Shown: one piece after another, positions 44,973 through 54,594 of the stretch
Numbering within the stretch: the stretch's first letter is position 1
How the letters are laid out: every line of letters begins with the position of its first letter
Virus record (IMG/VR): IMGVR_UViG_3300044977_000094
Coordinates: 1 to 64,000 of that record
Source: a virus
Strand: one strand, 5' to 3'
DNA length: 64,000 bases
Position numbers and translations under genes: made by a program
The notes under the pieces: model-generated
Seen by the model: only the letters and a program-made list of their open reading frames with translations
Told to the model about the DNA's origin: nothing
Database searches by the model: none

Positions 44973-45608
44973 ATGCGTCGCGCCATCCCAGCCATCGCCG
45001 CCGTTCTGCTAGCGGCCGGCTGCGCAAGCGGCAGCCACGGCAGCACCGCGCCGGAGCAGCCGAGCACAACATCAAGCAGCGCCGCGCCCGCATCCAGTGG
45101 CGCCCCGAAACCGAGCCCCACACCGACCGCCACGGCCCTCCCAGCGCTGGCCGTCGGGCAGACCGTCACCGTCCACACCAGTGGCGACGGCGTGGTCATC
45201 AAGACGCCCGGGGTCTACGAGGTGACCCTGCTCGCCTTCAAGACGGCGACCCACACGACGGATCCCGGCTCGGACTACACGGCCACGGCCCAGGCCGGAG
45301 ACGTCATCGGCTGCATCGCCTTCAAGGTAAAGAACGAGGGCGCATCCCAGTCGGACCTGTATCCCTTCATGAACCCCGAATGGAGCGGGGCTAGCGGCCA
45401 GGTCAGCGACTCCGAACTGGCCACAGGCGCAGACTGCGCACCGCTCGACGGTCAGACGGACGAGCTCAGCGGCGACCCGAATCCGGCGATCGGCCAGTAT
45501 GTCACCGGCGATGATGCCCTGGAGTTCCCAGCTGGTGCTGGGCGTCTCCTCTTCCAAGATCGGAGCGGCGCCAGCCTGTTCACCATCGCCGTCCCGCCGA
45601 CAAGCTGA
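44973..45608 (+). CDS. Lipoprotein moron (possible superinfection exclusion)
   Basis: Lipobox LLAAGC; S/T/P linker; opposite strand; upstream IR CAGTGTGCC-N4-GGCACACTG. Confidence 0.75.
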   Translation: MRRAIPAIAAVLLAAGCASGSHGSTAPEQPSTTSSSAAPASSGAPKPSPTPTATALPALAVGQTVTVHTSGDGVVIKTPGVYEVTLLAFKTATHTTDPGSDYTATAQAGDVIGCIAFKVKNEGASQSDLYPFMNPEWSGASGQVSDSELATGADCAPLDGQTDELSGDPNPAIGQYVTGDDALEFPAGAGRLLFQDRSGASLFTIAVPPTS

Positions 45609-45642
45609 GGCTGCGCTGCCCGCACTGGGGGTGTGCGGGCAG

Positions 45643-48600
45643 CTATACCCCACTGAGGGCGAGCCCCATCTCCCGCTGGATCGCAGCCATCTGCTCGGTG
45701 TTCGGATACTGCGTGCCATAGAAGTTGATCACTGCCTGCTTGGCGCCCAGACCGGCCGGGCCCGTGCCGCCCTGGGCGGTGATCTGCTTGGCCAGCGCGA
45801 CGAAGGCCGCCGACTCCTCGGGGGTAAGTACGGCCTCCGGCTTCCCGAGACCATTGACTGGCATGTTCCCGGGCATCAGCCAGCCACCGGAGTCGTAGCC
45901 CCAACCCATGGCCTTGTATACGGCGTTCGCCGAGGCCATGCGCTGCGGAAGCGACGCCGTCAGGCTCGCCGGCCGCTCGTAGTAGTCCTGGTAGATCTCG
46001 GCCGCGTTCGACGCGCTCGTCGCACGGTTGACCATCCCCGGACCGCCACCCCACGACAGGATCGCGTTGAGCTGCGTCATCAGGTCCGCCTGGGCGTTCC
46101 CGGTGATGTAGCCAGGCGGGTACGGAGTCCACTGGATCAGACCACCACCCCCACCGCCGCCGATCTCCAGAATCTCCGGGTTACCGCCCGATTCGGCGTC
46201 GATGTTGCCCGCGACGCCCGCCGCAGCGAACCGGGAGAACCCGTGCGCCGCCAGGAAGGACGCGATGGCCTTCCAGTTCGCAGGCAGCGAGCCCACAGCA
46301 CCCGAGCTACCACCGGGCAACTGCCCGGAGCCGAGGCCGAGCATCGACAGCGCCTGATTGACGGCATCCCCGACTAGCGTCTTGGGGACAGCCAGCATCA
46401 TCTGTGCCAGATCCCCAGTAGCGCCCTTGGTGCCGACGAACGAGTTCAGCGCATTGGTCAGCGCTGTCCCGTTGCCCGTCGCCAGCGCCGCCACGATCTT
46501 GCCGACGTCCATGGCCTTCCCCACAGCGCCGGTGATGCCGCCCCAGATGTCCGACGCCACACCCGCGATCCCACCACCGCTGAAGCCCATCGCATGCTCG
46601 GCGCCATGCTCAACGGGCCGGTCGACGGTGCGCTTCCGCGCCTCCTTCTTCAGCAGCTTCCCGAGCTCACTCTTGTGCTCATCGTCATCGCCAGCCACAC
46701 CACCACCGGCGAATCGAGTCGGACCGGAGACCCGGCCTCCCCCGTACTGCGCGTTGAGTGCGTGCACCGTGCCCGGGCCGATCGCACGGACCGCCTCCGG
46801 CACCAGCACGCCTTCCCCCGGGCTGAGCATCGCCGGGATAGTGTCGTGCCCCGGCGAGTAGCCGGCCAGTACGCCGCCCGCCGCGAGTTGGGGGATATCC
46901 GGCAGCTTGAGGCTTCCCAGGCCGACGGCTTTGACGACGCTGTTCCACAGGTTTTCAATGCCGTCCTTGTACACGTCCGTGATCAGGAAGTTCACGGGAA
47001 TCTTGAAGGCTGTTTCGAGGCCGGACCAGGTCGCACTCAGATCATGGACGAAGTCACGCGCCCCGGTCGATATCCCGGACCAAACGTCCTCGGCGACGGA
47101 CTTAATGCCACCCCAAATCGATGACCAATTTCGGGCCAATTCGATCGCCCCGAGGGCGATGAGGCCGACCGGACCAAGGAGCGGGAGCAGCCATTTTCCG
47201 AATCCGTTGTAGACAAAATTCCAGGCATCCTCGGCCCAGTGCTTGATGTCCCCCCAGACCTGCGACCAGTGCGTGGCCAAATACGTGATCGCAAGCACCA
47301 GGAGGCCGATCCCGGCGATTATGCCGCCTGAGGAGGCGTCCTCGACGGCTGCGGCCTCTTCCGAGGAGATCTCCGCCGCTTCGTTCTGTGCCTCGAACAT
47401 GGCAGTCGCCTCGCCGTGCTCGGCAGCCCATTCATCCGAGGCGGTCTCGGCTTCCTGCATATTCGTGCCGAAGCCGGAAACGAACTGCACGATGGAATTC
47501 TTCGCGCTGCTCATCATCCCGGAGATCTTGCTGCCGATCCCCTCGAAAGGAGACGTCAAGAATCCGACGACTTTCGCGCCGTTATCCTTCGCGGACTGCC
47601 ACAGAAGCTGCCCGTCCAGGCTCGTCGGCATCGCGCCCTTCACCGCATCGGCGAGCGAGGATCCCCAGCCGCCGACGGTCTTGGCGAGCTTCGGGAGGAG
47701 CCCCTCGACGGCGGGAATGACGTCGCCCTCGGCGCCGGTGATCTCCTCCGAGCCGAACAGCTTCGTCCACACGCCCTTGCCGGCCGCCTGCGCCGCACTG
47801 CCGAGCTGCTTGCCCCAGCCGCGCACGGCGCTCGCGAGCTTGCCGCCCCAAACCTGGGCGGCGGTGGTCGTGTTGACCCAGGCCTTCCCCAAGCCCTCGG
47901 TGATCTTCTGACCCCAGACCTGCGCCGCCGTAGTGACGTTCACCCACGCCCTGCCAGCCCCCTGGGCAGCCTTGGTTGCGGCGCCCGACACCCCGCTCCA
48001 CGCCTTGCCGATGGTCTGCGCCATCTTGGACATGCGCCCAGGGATCCCGGAGATCAGCTTGTAGCCGTCAGCGATCGCCTTGAACGGCATCGACACGTAC
48101 TTGTTCGCGAGCTTCATCGCCAGCATCCCGGCGACGATGTCCGCGATGACCTTGACGACGGTGCCGTTCGGGTGCGCGTTCAGATACCGCGTCAGCGGCC
48201 CGAGAGCCGTGGCCACCAGGCCGACGATCGCACCCAGCGGCGGACCGACGTGGGCAATGATGTTGCCCGCAGCCTCAAGGAAGGCGTTGATCGGCCCCGT
48301 CTTCTGGCCGACCGCCGCCGCCAACCCGGTTGCCGCGTGGGCGATCCCGGCGAGCACAGCAGCGATCCCGTCGACCGCGCCCTTCTTCGACCCGATCAGG
48401 GCCAGCTCCTGGATGAACTGGGCGAACGCGGGCAGCACTATGTCCGCGAAGCGGATCCCGTTGCTGATCAGACCGTTGAGGACCTGGACGAACTGCGGGG
48501 TCTGCATCTGCTTGCCGAACTGACCGAACGCGTTGCCCATCGCCGAGCCCATGCGGCCGACACCGCTGGTCACATCCGGCATCAGCTTCGAGATCCCGGT

Positions 48601-50271
48601 CAGCCAGATCGACATGCCCGGCAGCACCGAGTCCTGCGCCGCCGCCTCAAGGCCCTTGAAAGCGCCCTTCATCCCGAGGACCTGGTCGACGAACGCGCGA
48701 CCCTCCGGAGTCAGCCGCGACATGTCCTTCTGGAACTGGTTCGCCGCCTCGTTCTCCGTGGACGCGGTCGCAGCCCACTGGAGCTGCTGCTCCTTGATCG
48801 TGTTCGTGAGGTTCCGCTCGGCGACCGCGACCTGCTGCGAGTCCATCCGCTGCTGGTACGCCGCCTGCTCCTGCGCCTGCGACACCTGGAGTTGCGCCTG
48901 CTTGACCTGCGCCGCGTTGTTCAGCTCAGTGTCAGTCAGGTTCCGCTGAGCGTCAGCAGCCTGCATCTGCGCATCGGTCAGCTGGTACTGGGCGGCGGTC
49001 ACGCCCTGCTTGGCCTGGATGACCAGCTGGCTGCCTGACACGCCCTGCTTGTTCGCCAGGTTCGCGGCGGTCTGCGCGTCCGTCTCCTGGTCGGTGGCGT
49101 CCTTGAGCTGCTGCTTGGCCTGGGCAACAGCCAGCGCCGCCTGCTCGCGGTTGAGGTCCGTGCTGTAGGCGTTCTGGTCGGTGAGAACCTGCTGGTACTC
49201 GGCCTGCTGTACCGCCAGGCTCGCCGCCGCGACGTTCAACTTCGAGTCGGCGAGCTGGTCATCAAGCTGCGTGATCTGCTCACGCGCCTGCACCCACGCC
49301 TGCGTCAGGTTGTACTGCGCCTCAGTGAGGCCGTAGTTCGCCTGCTCCAGACCCTGCTGGGCCTGCTCCACGCTCTGGATCGCCTGCACCTGACTGGCCG
49401 CGGCGTTCCGCTGCACCGACGCCAGGTTCATCTCAGCCGACTCAATCGCCTGCGCGCTGGTCACCGCATCCTGCGCCGCCTGCTCCCGCGCCTGCGTCAC
49501 CGACTGCTGCGCCTGCTGCTGCTGAACCGCATTCGAGAAACTCGTGCTGGCCAGCTGTGCCGGCGTCAGCCCAACATTCAGCGACGCCTGGTGCGCCGCC
49601 GACAACGCCGAGGCCACCGGCCCCAAAGCCAGACCACCGGTCAGACCCAGCAGCCCCATGCCGGTCGCGGCACCGCCGATCCCCGGCGCCAGCAGACTGC
49701 CGCCGAGCAACAGGTTCTGAAAGAAGCCTCCGCTCTCACCACCACCCCCACCCCCGCCACCACCGCCACCCCCGGAGGAGCCCCCGAGGCTCGGGCCGCC
49801 GGCCTGGTCCTTGAAGGCGTCGAGCTGGGCCTGTGCCTCAGCCAGCTTCGCGTCGAAGTCGCTAGTGTCCAGGCCCAGAGTCGGGTCGGCATGCTTGGTG
49901 TCGAGATCGTCCAGCTTTGCGCGGGCGTCGTCGACCTTCGCATCCAGGTCGGCAGACTCCAGGCCAACCTGCGGCCGGGCCTCCTTGACGTCGAGCTCGT
50001 CAAGCTTCGCCTTTGCGTCGTCGGCCTTCGTGTCCAGTTCGGTGTCGTCCAGCGTTACCTGCGGCTGCGCGACCGCCCCGTCGAGCTCCTCGACGGTCGC
50101 CCGCGCCTCGTCCGCCTTCGCGTCGAGCTCGGAGGTGTCCAGGGTGACCCGCACCGAGGCGCTGACGCCTGCGGTCGCCTCCTCAACGGCAGCCTCAACC
50201 TCTTCCTTGAGACCCTCAGAATCGGCGCTGACCTGCACAAACGCTGTGGCGATCCGGAAACCCTCAGCCAT
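45643..50271 (-). CDS. Tape measure protein with C-terminal tail-lysozyme domain
   Basis: 1542 aa, Ala/Gly/Gln-rich; AAAGVAGNIDAESG..GLIQWT..YERP. Confidence 0.93.
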   Translation of the reverse strand: MAEGFRIATAFVQVSADSEGLKEEVEAAVEEATAGVSASVRVTLDTSELDAKADEARATVEELDGAVAQPQVTLDDTELDTKADDAKAKLDELDVKEARPQVGLESADLDAKVDDARAKLDDLDTKHADPTLGLDTSDFDAKLAEAQAQLDAFKDQAGGPSLGGSSGGGGGGGGGGGGESGGFFQNLLLGGSLLAPGIGGAATGMGLLGLTGGLALGPVASALSAAHQASLNVGLTPAQLASTSFSNAVQQQQAQQSVTQAREQAAQDAVTSAQAIESAEMNLASVQRNAAASQVQAIQSVEQAQQGLEQANYGLTEAQYNLTQAWVQAREQITQLDDQLADSKLNVAAASLAVQQAEYQQVLTDQNAYSTDLNREQAALAVAQAKQQLKDATDQETDAQTAANLANKQGVSGSQLVIQAKQGVTAAQYQLTDAQMQAADAQRNLTDTELNNAAQVKQAQLQVSQAQEQAAYQQRMDSQQVAVAERNLTNTIKEQQLQWAATASTENEAANQFQKDMSRLTPEGRAFVDQVLGMKGAFKGLEAAAQDSVLPGMSIWLTGISKLMPDVTSGVGRMGSAMGNAFGQFGKQMQTPQFVQVLNGLISNGIRFADIVLPAFAQFIQELALIGSKKGAVDGIAAVLAGIAHAATGLAAAVGQKTGPINAFLEAAGNIIAHVGPPLGAIVGLVATALGPLTRYLNAHPNGTVVKVIADIVAGMLAMKLANKYVSMPFKAIADGYKLISGIPGRMSKMAQTIGKAWSGVSGAATKAAQGAGRAWVNVTTAAQVWGQKITEGLGKAWVNTTTAAQVWGGKLASAVRGWGKQLGSAAQAAGKGVWTKLFGSEEITGAEGDVIPAVEGLLPKLAKTVGGWGSSLADAVKGAMPTSLDGQLLWQSAKDNGAKVVGFLTSPFEGIGSKISGMMSSAKNSIVQFVSGFGTNMQEAETASDEWAAEHGEATAMFEAQNEAAEISSEEAAAVEDASSGGIIAGIGLLVLAITYLATHWSQVWGDIKHWAEDAWNFVYNGFGKWLLPLLGPVGLIALGAIELARNWSSIWGGIKSVAEDVWSGISTGARDFVHDLSATWSGLETAFKIPVNFLITDVYKDGIENLWNSVVKAVGLGSLKLPDIPQLAAGGVLAGYSPGHDTIPAMLSPGEGVLVPEAVRAIGPGTVHALNAQYGGGRVSGPTRFAGGGVAGDDDEHKSELGKLLKKEARKRTVDRPVEHGAEHAMGFSGGGIAGVASDIWGGITGAVGKAMDVGKIVAALATGNGTALTNALNSFVGTKGATGDLAQMMLAVPKTLVGDAVNQALSMLGLGSGQLPGGSSGAVGSLPANWKAIASFLAAHGFSRFAAAGVAGNIDAESGGNPEILEIGGGGGGGLIQWTPYPPGYITGNAQADLMTQLNAILSWGGGPGMVNRATSASNAAEIYQDYYERPASLTASLPQRMASANAVYKAMGWGYDSGGWLMPGNMPVNGLGKPEAVLTPEESAAFVALAKQITAQGGTGPAGLGAKQAVINFYGTQYPNTEQMAAIQREMGLALSGV

Positions 50272-50291
50272 GGCAGGTCACCCCCCTGCCG

Positions 50292-50576
50292 TCATCCGAA
50301 GCTGAAGATCCCCTGGAAAGCCGGGTCCGCCCGAAGCGTGGTCTGCGTGCCGGGGTTGATCTGCTGACGCCCCGGCGAGTAGGCAGGACTCTGGGCGCTG
50401 GCCGGCGCCGCCGACTCCTCGTGTGAAGCAGCGATCGCACGCGACTGCATCACCCCGGCATACGCCGGGAGCCGCCACGCCAGCTTGAAGAACACGGGAC
50501 CCGAGAGTTCCATGACGTCGTCGACGCGGTGGAACGCCGACATGTCCGACGCGATGTCGTCGAGGTAGTCCAGCAT
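50292..50576 (-). CDS. Tail assembly chaperone, frameshift extension (GT)
   Basis: In the -1 frame from the slippery site. Confidence 0.8.
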   Translation of the reverse strand: MLDYLDDIASDMSAFHRVDDVMELSGPVFFKLAWRLPAYAGVMQSRAIAASHEESAAPASAQSPAYSPGRQQINPGTQTTLRADPAFQGIFSFG

Positions 50577-50605
50577 CCAAGCAAGCTGGAGAAAACGCTC
50601 TTCTA

Positions 50606-51016
50606 CTACGCTTTTGGGAACTCCATGGCCCCCATCACCAGCTCATTCACGACCTGGAGAATCTGCATGAGGTCCCCGGGCTCCAGCTCGTCGTACTCCC
50701 GCAGCGCCCGGTAGCCCTCCGCACCCAGGACCTTCTCCAGCATGTAGTCCACCGCAGCGTCCTCGCCCTGGGTGCGCCGCACATGGAGGGCCTGGAGCGC
50801 AATGTTCAGACCGGGCTTCGCCGGGATGCAGTACTCGCGGTCGTCGATGTAGAACAGCGGCACCATAGCGCCCTTGCTGCCACTGGTCTTCAGCCGCAGA
50901 ACCTGGAGACCACCCGGTGACTCGGCGGCCGGCTCCGGCTTCGGGCGCCGGACGGGAGCCCGCTTCGCCACCGCCTTCACCGGAGCCGCCTTCTTGCCCT
51001 GCACGGTTGCTGCCAT
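50606..51016 (-). CDS. Tail assembly chaperone (G)
   Basis: Between major tail and tape measure; ends at the slippery site. Confidence 0.85.
   Translation of the reverse strand: MAATVQGKKAAPVKAVAKRAPVRRPKPEPAAESPGGLQVLRLKTSGSKGAMVPLFYIDDREYCIPAKPGLNIALQALHVRRTQGEDAAVDYMLEKVLGAEGYRALREYDELEPGDLMQILQVVNELVMGAMEFPKA
50612..50618 (-). other. -1 programmed frameshift site
   Basis: C CCA AAA; the -1 frame is open (PKSVVEERFLQLAWMLDY) into the next ORF. Confidence 0.85.
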
Positions 51017-51069
51017 GGATCTTCCTAGGGTGAGGGTTGGCTATACGCGTCAAGCGACAGGACCGCAGG

Positions 51070-51660
51070 TCACGCCTGCTGGTCCACGATGTGAATTGGA
51101 TTGATGCCCGAGCTGACGTAGTACGCGGTGAACGTGACATCCAACGCCTGCTGCGTCTTCTTGTCGTACGACAAGGTCGCCTTGACCTGCGACAGGACCT
51201 TGCGGACGATGACGCGCCGCAGAGCAGCGGCACCCGTGCTCAGGGTCGGCGCCCACCCGTCGATGATCAGCCCGGCGTAGGTGGGCTGGGTCGCGCTGGA
51301 GGTGACGGGGATCTCCAGCGTCTCGTAGCCGGAGCCGGACGAGGTGATGCCGATGTTGTTCAGTGCGGTCTGGAGGTTGTTCAGCGTCATCTCGGACAGC
51401 TTGGCGGTGACCGTCATCTTCATCTCGGTCAGCCGGGCGCCCACGTTCATCGTGAGCTGGTCGACCGCGAGGTCGGTGTAGGTGTTGTCGACCTCCAGGT
51501 TCACCCCGCCGTCGGTGCCGCCGACGTCGGTCCACGGCGAAGACGGCGGACTGGAGGGTCCGTTCGGTGTGACGCTGGCGTCGGTCGGCTCAGTGCTGCC
51601 GAAGGGCGCGACGTACAGCCGCGCCGGTCCGAGCACCAGGTTTGCGGCATTCACAGCCAC
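51070..51660 (-). CDS. Major tail tube protein
   Basis: NLVLGPARLYVAP..WTDVGGTDGGV. Confidence 0.88.
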   Translation of the reverse strand: MAVNAANLVLGPARLYVAPFGSTEPTDASVTPNGPSSPPSSPWTDVGGTDGGVNLEVDNTYTDLAVDQLTMNVGARLTEMKMTVTAKLSEMTLNNLQTALNNIGITSSGSGYETLEIPVTSSATQPTYAGLIIDGWAPTLSTGAAALRRVIVRKVLSQVKATLSYDKKTQQALDVTFTAYYVSSGINPIHIVDQQA

Positions 51661-51707
51661 AAGATCATCCCCTTAGGGTTCGGCGCCACGGCCGGGCGCG
51701 GGCATGC

Positions 51708-51730
51708 AAAAGGCCCGCACAAGGCGGGCC
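51708..51730 (-). terminator. Terminator-like hairpin before the major tail gene
   Basis: GGCCCGC-N5-GCGGGCC-TTTT. Confidence 0.55.
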
Positions 51731-51753
51731 TGGGAAGCTGGATCTGTGGAGCG

Positions 51754-52116
51754 TCAGAGAACGCCGACGTACTGCACGAGTGCGACCGTGACGTTTGCGG
51801 CCGTCCCGAAGTTCACGGTGACCATGCCGCTGGCGGCGATGTCGCTGGCGAACGGCCCGAGCATCTGCGTCGCGGACGCGGTCAGTGTCGGCGTCAGCGA
51901 ATTCACCGCCTGGCCCTCCACGGTGGTCCCGATCGGGATCGTGCACGTCGAACCGCCCGACGCGACCGTCACGAGCAGCACCTCACGGCCCGTGTTCTGC
52001 CACGTCACACCGCTGTTGCTGCCGAGCGTCCCGGCCGCGATCAGGGTCGTGAGGTTCAGCGGCGCGGCCGACCCGGTCTTCGGCATCTGCGTCGGGGTCA
52101 GAGTCAGCAGGCTCAT
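51754..52116 (-). CDS. Virion decoration-like beta protein
   Basis: Thr-rich; similar to 54595-55047. Confidence 0.6.
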   Translation of the reverse strand: MSLLTLTPTQMPKTGSAAPLNLTTLIAAGTLGSNSGVTWQNTGREVLLVTVASGGSTCTIPIGTTVEGQAVNSLTPTLTASATQMLGPFASDIAASGMVTVNFGTAANVTVALVQYVGVL

Positions 52117-52283
52117 GCCGAGCCCTCCTTCTTCGCGGCCTTGGTGGTCGCCGCAGCCCCCGCGGGCTGGGCGTCGTCGGTCTCCACGAGAAGCCCCTGC
52201 GCACGCAGCACCGGGATCTCGTCCTCCGGGACCTGGATCGGGTCGCGGAGCATCGTCACGCGCACAGTGCGCAGGTCAGGCAT
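52113..52283 (-). CDS. Small structural-region protein
   Basis: Coupled ORF, LRAQGLLVE. Confidence 0.5.
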   Translation of the reverse strand: MPDLRTVRVTMLRDPIQVPEDEIPVLRAQGLLVETDDAQPAGAAATTKAAKKEGSA

Positions 52284-52294
52284 GAGGTGTCCTC

Positions 52295-52792
52295 TCACGT
52301 GAGGCGGTCGTTGGCGGTGACCCACGTCAGCGCCAAGTCGCCCTGGTAGCGGGCGTAGTCGCTCTGGTCGTCGTAGATGCGGCGGAACCCGGTCGCCATG
52401 TACGCCGACAGGACCATGGCGGACGGGTAGGCGACGCTGGTTGCGCCGAGTGTCAGGAGCCGGGAGATGTGCAGTCGGTCCCAGGTCGCGCGCAGGACGG
52501 CCGTCGCGAGGGCGTTCGCCATCATCCACGGGGGTTTGTTCGAGCCGGGGTTGGTGGCCCAGCAGTCGACCTGGACCACCGGCCGGTTCACCGGCAGCAG
52601 GTCATCCGGTGTGCCGCCGGCGACGCTGACGGTCACGAATCCGGTCGCGACCCATGCGGCGGTGATGCCGGTCGCGTCAACGTCGGGCGGCAGCTGCGTG
52701 CCCACCATTGCGGGCGCAAAGCCCGGGATGCCGCCAAGCCATGCGATCGCGACGAGCTCGTCGGTGGCGTTCAGTGGCAGGGGAGCCGACAC
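52295..52792 (-). CDS. Tail terminator-like protein
   Basis: Position; PVVQVDCWA. Confidence 0.7.
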   Translation of the reverse strand: MSAPLPLNATDELVAIAWLGGIPGFAPAMVGTQLPPDVDATGITAAWVATGFVTVSVAGGTPDDLLPVNRPVVQVDCWATNPGSNKPPWMMANALATAVLRATWDRLHISRLLTLGATSVAYPSAMVLSAYMATGFRRIYDDQSDYARYQGDLALTWVTANDRLT

Positions 52793-52802
52793 GGCGCCTC
52801 CT

Positions 52803-53135
52803 CTACTCGCTGCGCTCCTGATAGAGCGCCGGGCGCAGGAACGGTTGCGGCGGTACGACCTCGGGACCAGTGATGCCCGTCGAGGGGTGGTAGACGCGGT
52901 GCCCGAGCTCGACGTACGCGGCGTAGGTGCGGCCCTGGGCGCCGCCGGTCGCGGACACGATCAAGTCGGGTCCTTCGAGGTGGTGCTCGATGCTGTCCTG
53001 GAGCGCCCCGGTGCGCTCCGGGCAGTAGCGCCGGGCATCGCCCGCAATGTCGGGGCCGAGGCGATCCTCGAAGAACGCCTCGACCGCGCTGTCGACTTCG
53101 GCCTGCCAGCCGTCGTCCATCTGCACCCTGGCCAC
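52803..53135 (-). CDS. HK97 gp10-like neck protein
   Basis: CPERTGALQDSI..YAAYVELG..PQPFLRPAL. Confidence 0.85.
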   Translation of the reverse strand: MARVQMDDGWQAEVDSAVEAFFEDRLGPDIAGDARRYCPERTGALQDSIEHHLEGPDLIVSATGGAQGRTYAAYVELGHRVYHPSTGITGPEVVPPQPFLRPALYQERSE

Positions 53136-53145
53136 GGCTTCCTCC

Positions 53146-53502
53146 TCAGTCGGAGGTGACGCCGACGCCGGACCGCCACCGCAACGTCAAGATCTTCTCG
53201 GGGGTGATGCCGGTCGGGCCGGTGGGCTGCAACTGGATGTCCTGGATCATGTAGTAGTTCCCTGATCCCTCATCAAGGAGCGTGTCGCTCGACAGGATGT
53301 CCACCCACGAGGCCACCACGCACTTGGAGGTGCGTACCGTCCTCGGCTGCTGGGTGGCCGGGTCCCAGACCTGCTTGCTGGACTCGGTGACGAACGCGGG
53401 GATCCCCGAGGAGATCGGGCTGCCGACGTCGGACACGTCCCCGTAGGCATTGGCCTCGGTCCCGCGCATGATCGTGATCCGGGTGTTCGCCAGCTCCATC
53501 AT
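53146..53502 (-). CDS. Head closure / stopper protein
   Basis: Position and size. Confidence 0.65.
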   Translation of the reverse strand: MMELANTRITIMRGTEANAYGDVSDVGSPISSGIPAFVTESSKQVWDPATQQPRTVRTSKCVVASWVDILSSDTLLDEGSGNYYMIQDIQLQPTGPTGITPEKILTLRWRSGVGVTSD

Positions 53503-53508
53503 CAGCGC

Positions 53509-54267
53509 CTACCAGTTGATCAGAGCAGCGGAGCCGAGGACGCCGGCCGTGTGCAGGATCGCTGCGGCCTGGGGAGCCAGTGGCGGGAATGGCATCGCCG
53601 TCATCGCACCGACCCGGGTCGTCGCCACGCCACCCATGCTCGTCATCGAGTACTGGCGTTTCACGCCGGTCGGATCGTTGTCGGCCAGCATGAACTGGCA
53701 CTGTGCACTGGTCGCCCGGACCAGCACGTCAAGCAGCATCGGATCAGTCGGCATGCCGACGGCGTTGGTCGCATACACCGCCCCGATCAGGTAGTGGTCC
53801 ATCGCCTCGCTCGCGCGCTGCAACATGACCGACACCAGGTCGTCAGGAGTGAACTGGTCACCCGACCAGGCCCGGTACTGCGACACAGACGCGTACACGC
53901 CCGGCGCGGGTGTGCCCGTCGGCACCGCGGCGACCGTCACCGCGAGGACGTACGCCTCGGGCTGGCCGTTCACGATGCCCGACCACGTCACCAGGTAGTC
54001 CCCGACCGCCTGGGCGGCCGGGCACGTCCACACGTACTGGTACAGACTCGTGCTCAGCCCCACCACCCCGGTCGAGGTGGTGGGGACCGGGGTGCCGGTG
54101 CCCGCGCCTGGTGTCGGCGCCGCGGCGATGCCGATGGTCACATCCGACGCCGACGCGCCCTGCCCGGAACCCGGGTAGGTCTCGAACAGCTGCGTCAGGG
54201 TGATCTGCGCGCCTTGGAGCACATCGGACTGCTGATTGCCGAGGATCGTGAACGACACAGCCGCCAC
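53509..54267 (-). CDS. Head-tail adaptor with an extra N-terminal Ig-like domain
   Basis: YASVSQY..LQRASE..AT..Q adaptor motif in the C-terminal half. Confidence 0.7.
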   Translation of the reverse strand: MAAVSFTILGNQQSDVLQGAQITLTQLFETYPGSGQGASASDVTIGIAAAPTPGAGTGTPVPTTSTGVVGLSTSLYQYVWTCPAAQAVGDYLVTWSGIVNGQPEAYVLAVTVAAVPTGTPAPGVYASVSQYRAWSGDQFTPDDLVSVMLQRASEAMDHYLIGAVYATNAVGMPTDPMLLDVLVRATSAQCQFMLADNDPTGVKRQYSMTSMGGVATTRVGAMTAMPFPPLAPQAAAILHTAGVLGSAALINW

Positions 54268-54270
54268 CTC

Positions 54271-54591
54271 CTACTCGGTGGTGCCACCCGTGAGCAGCGC
54301 GATCAGCTCGGCCTTCGTCGCCGTCGCCGCCTCGGCGCGGTCCATGCCCTGCGAGACCGCGAACTGCGCCCACACCGCGCGGGACTCGGCCCGCTTGGGC
54401 AGCGGCGGCGCGTCCGGCACCTGCACCACTTCGGCTGGCTCGGGCTCGTCGCGTTCCACCCACGGACTGCCGTCCGCCTCGACACGCGCCAGGTCGCCCC
54501 GTTCGAGGCGCTTGGCGATGCCGAGGGGCAGCGGCAGGTCGAAGAGGTGGACGGCGCCGTTCTCGCCCCGGATCCACATGGTGTCGGCCAT
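54271..54591 (-). CDS. Small head-associated protein
   Basis: W..FA....TKAELI C-terminal motif. Confidence 0.6.
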   Translation of the reverse strand: MADTMWIRGENGAVHLFDLPLPLGIAKRLERGDLARVEADGSPWVERDEPEPAEVVQVPDAPPLPKRAESRAVWAQFAVSQGMDRAEAATATKAELIALLTGGTTE

Positions 54592-54594
54592 GGG

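Noticed and set aside
49735-49790. CCACC/CCGCC low-complexity repeat
   Set aside because: It simply encodes a poly-Gly linker in the tape measure protein
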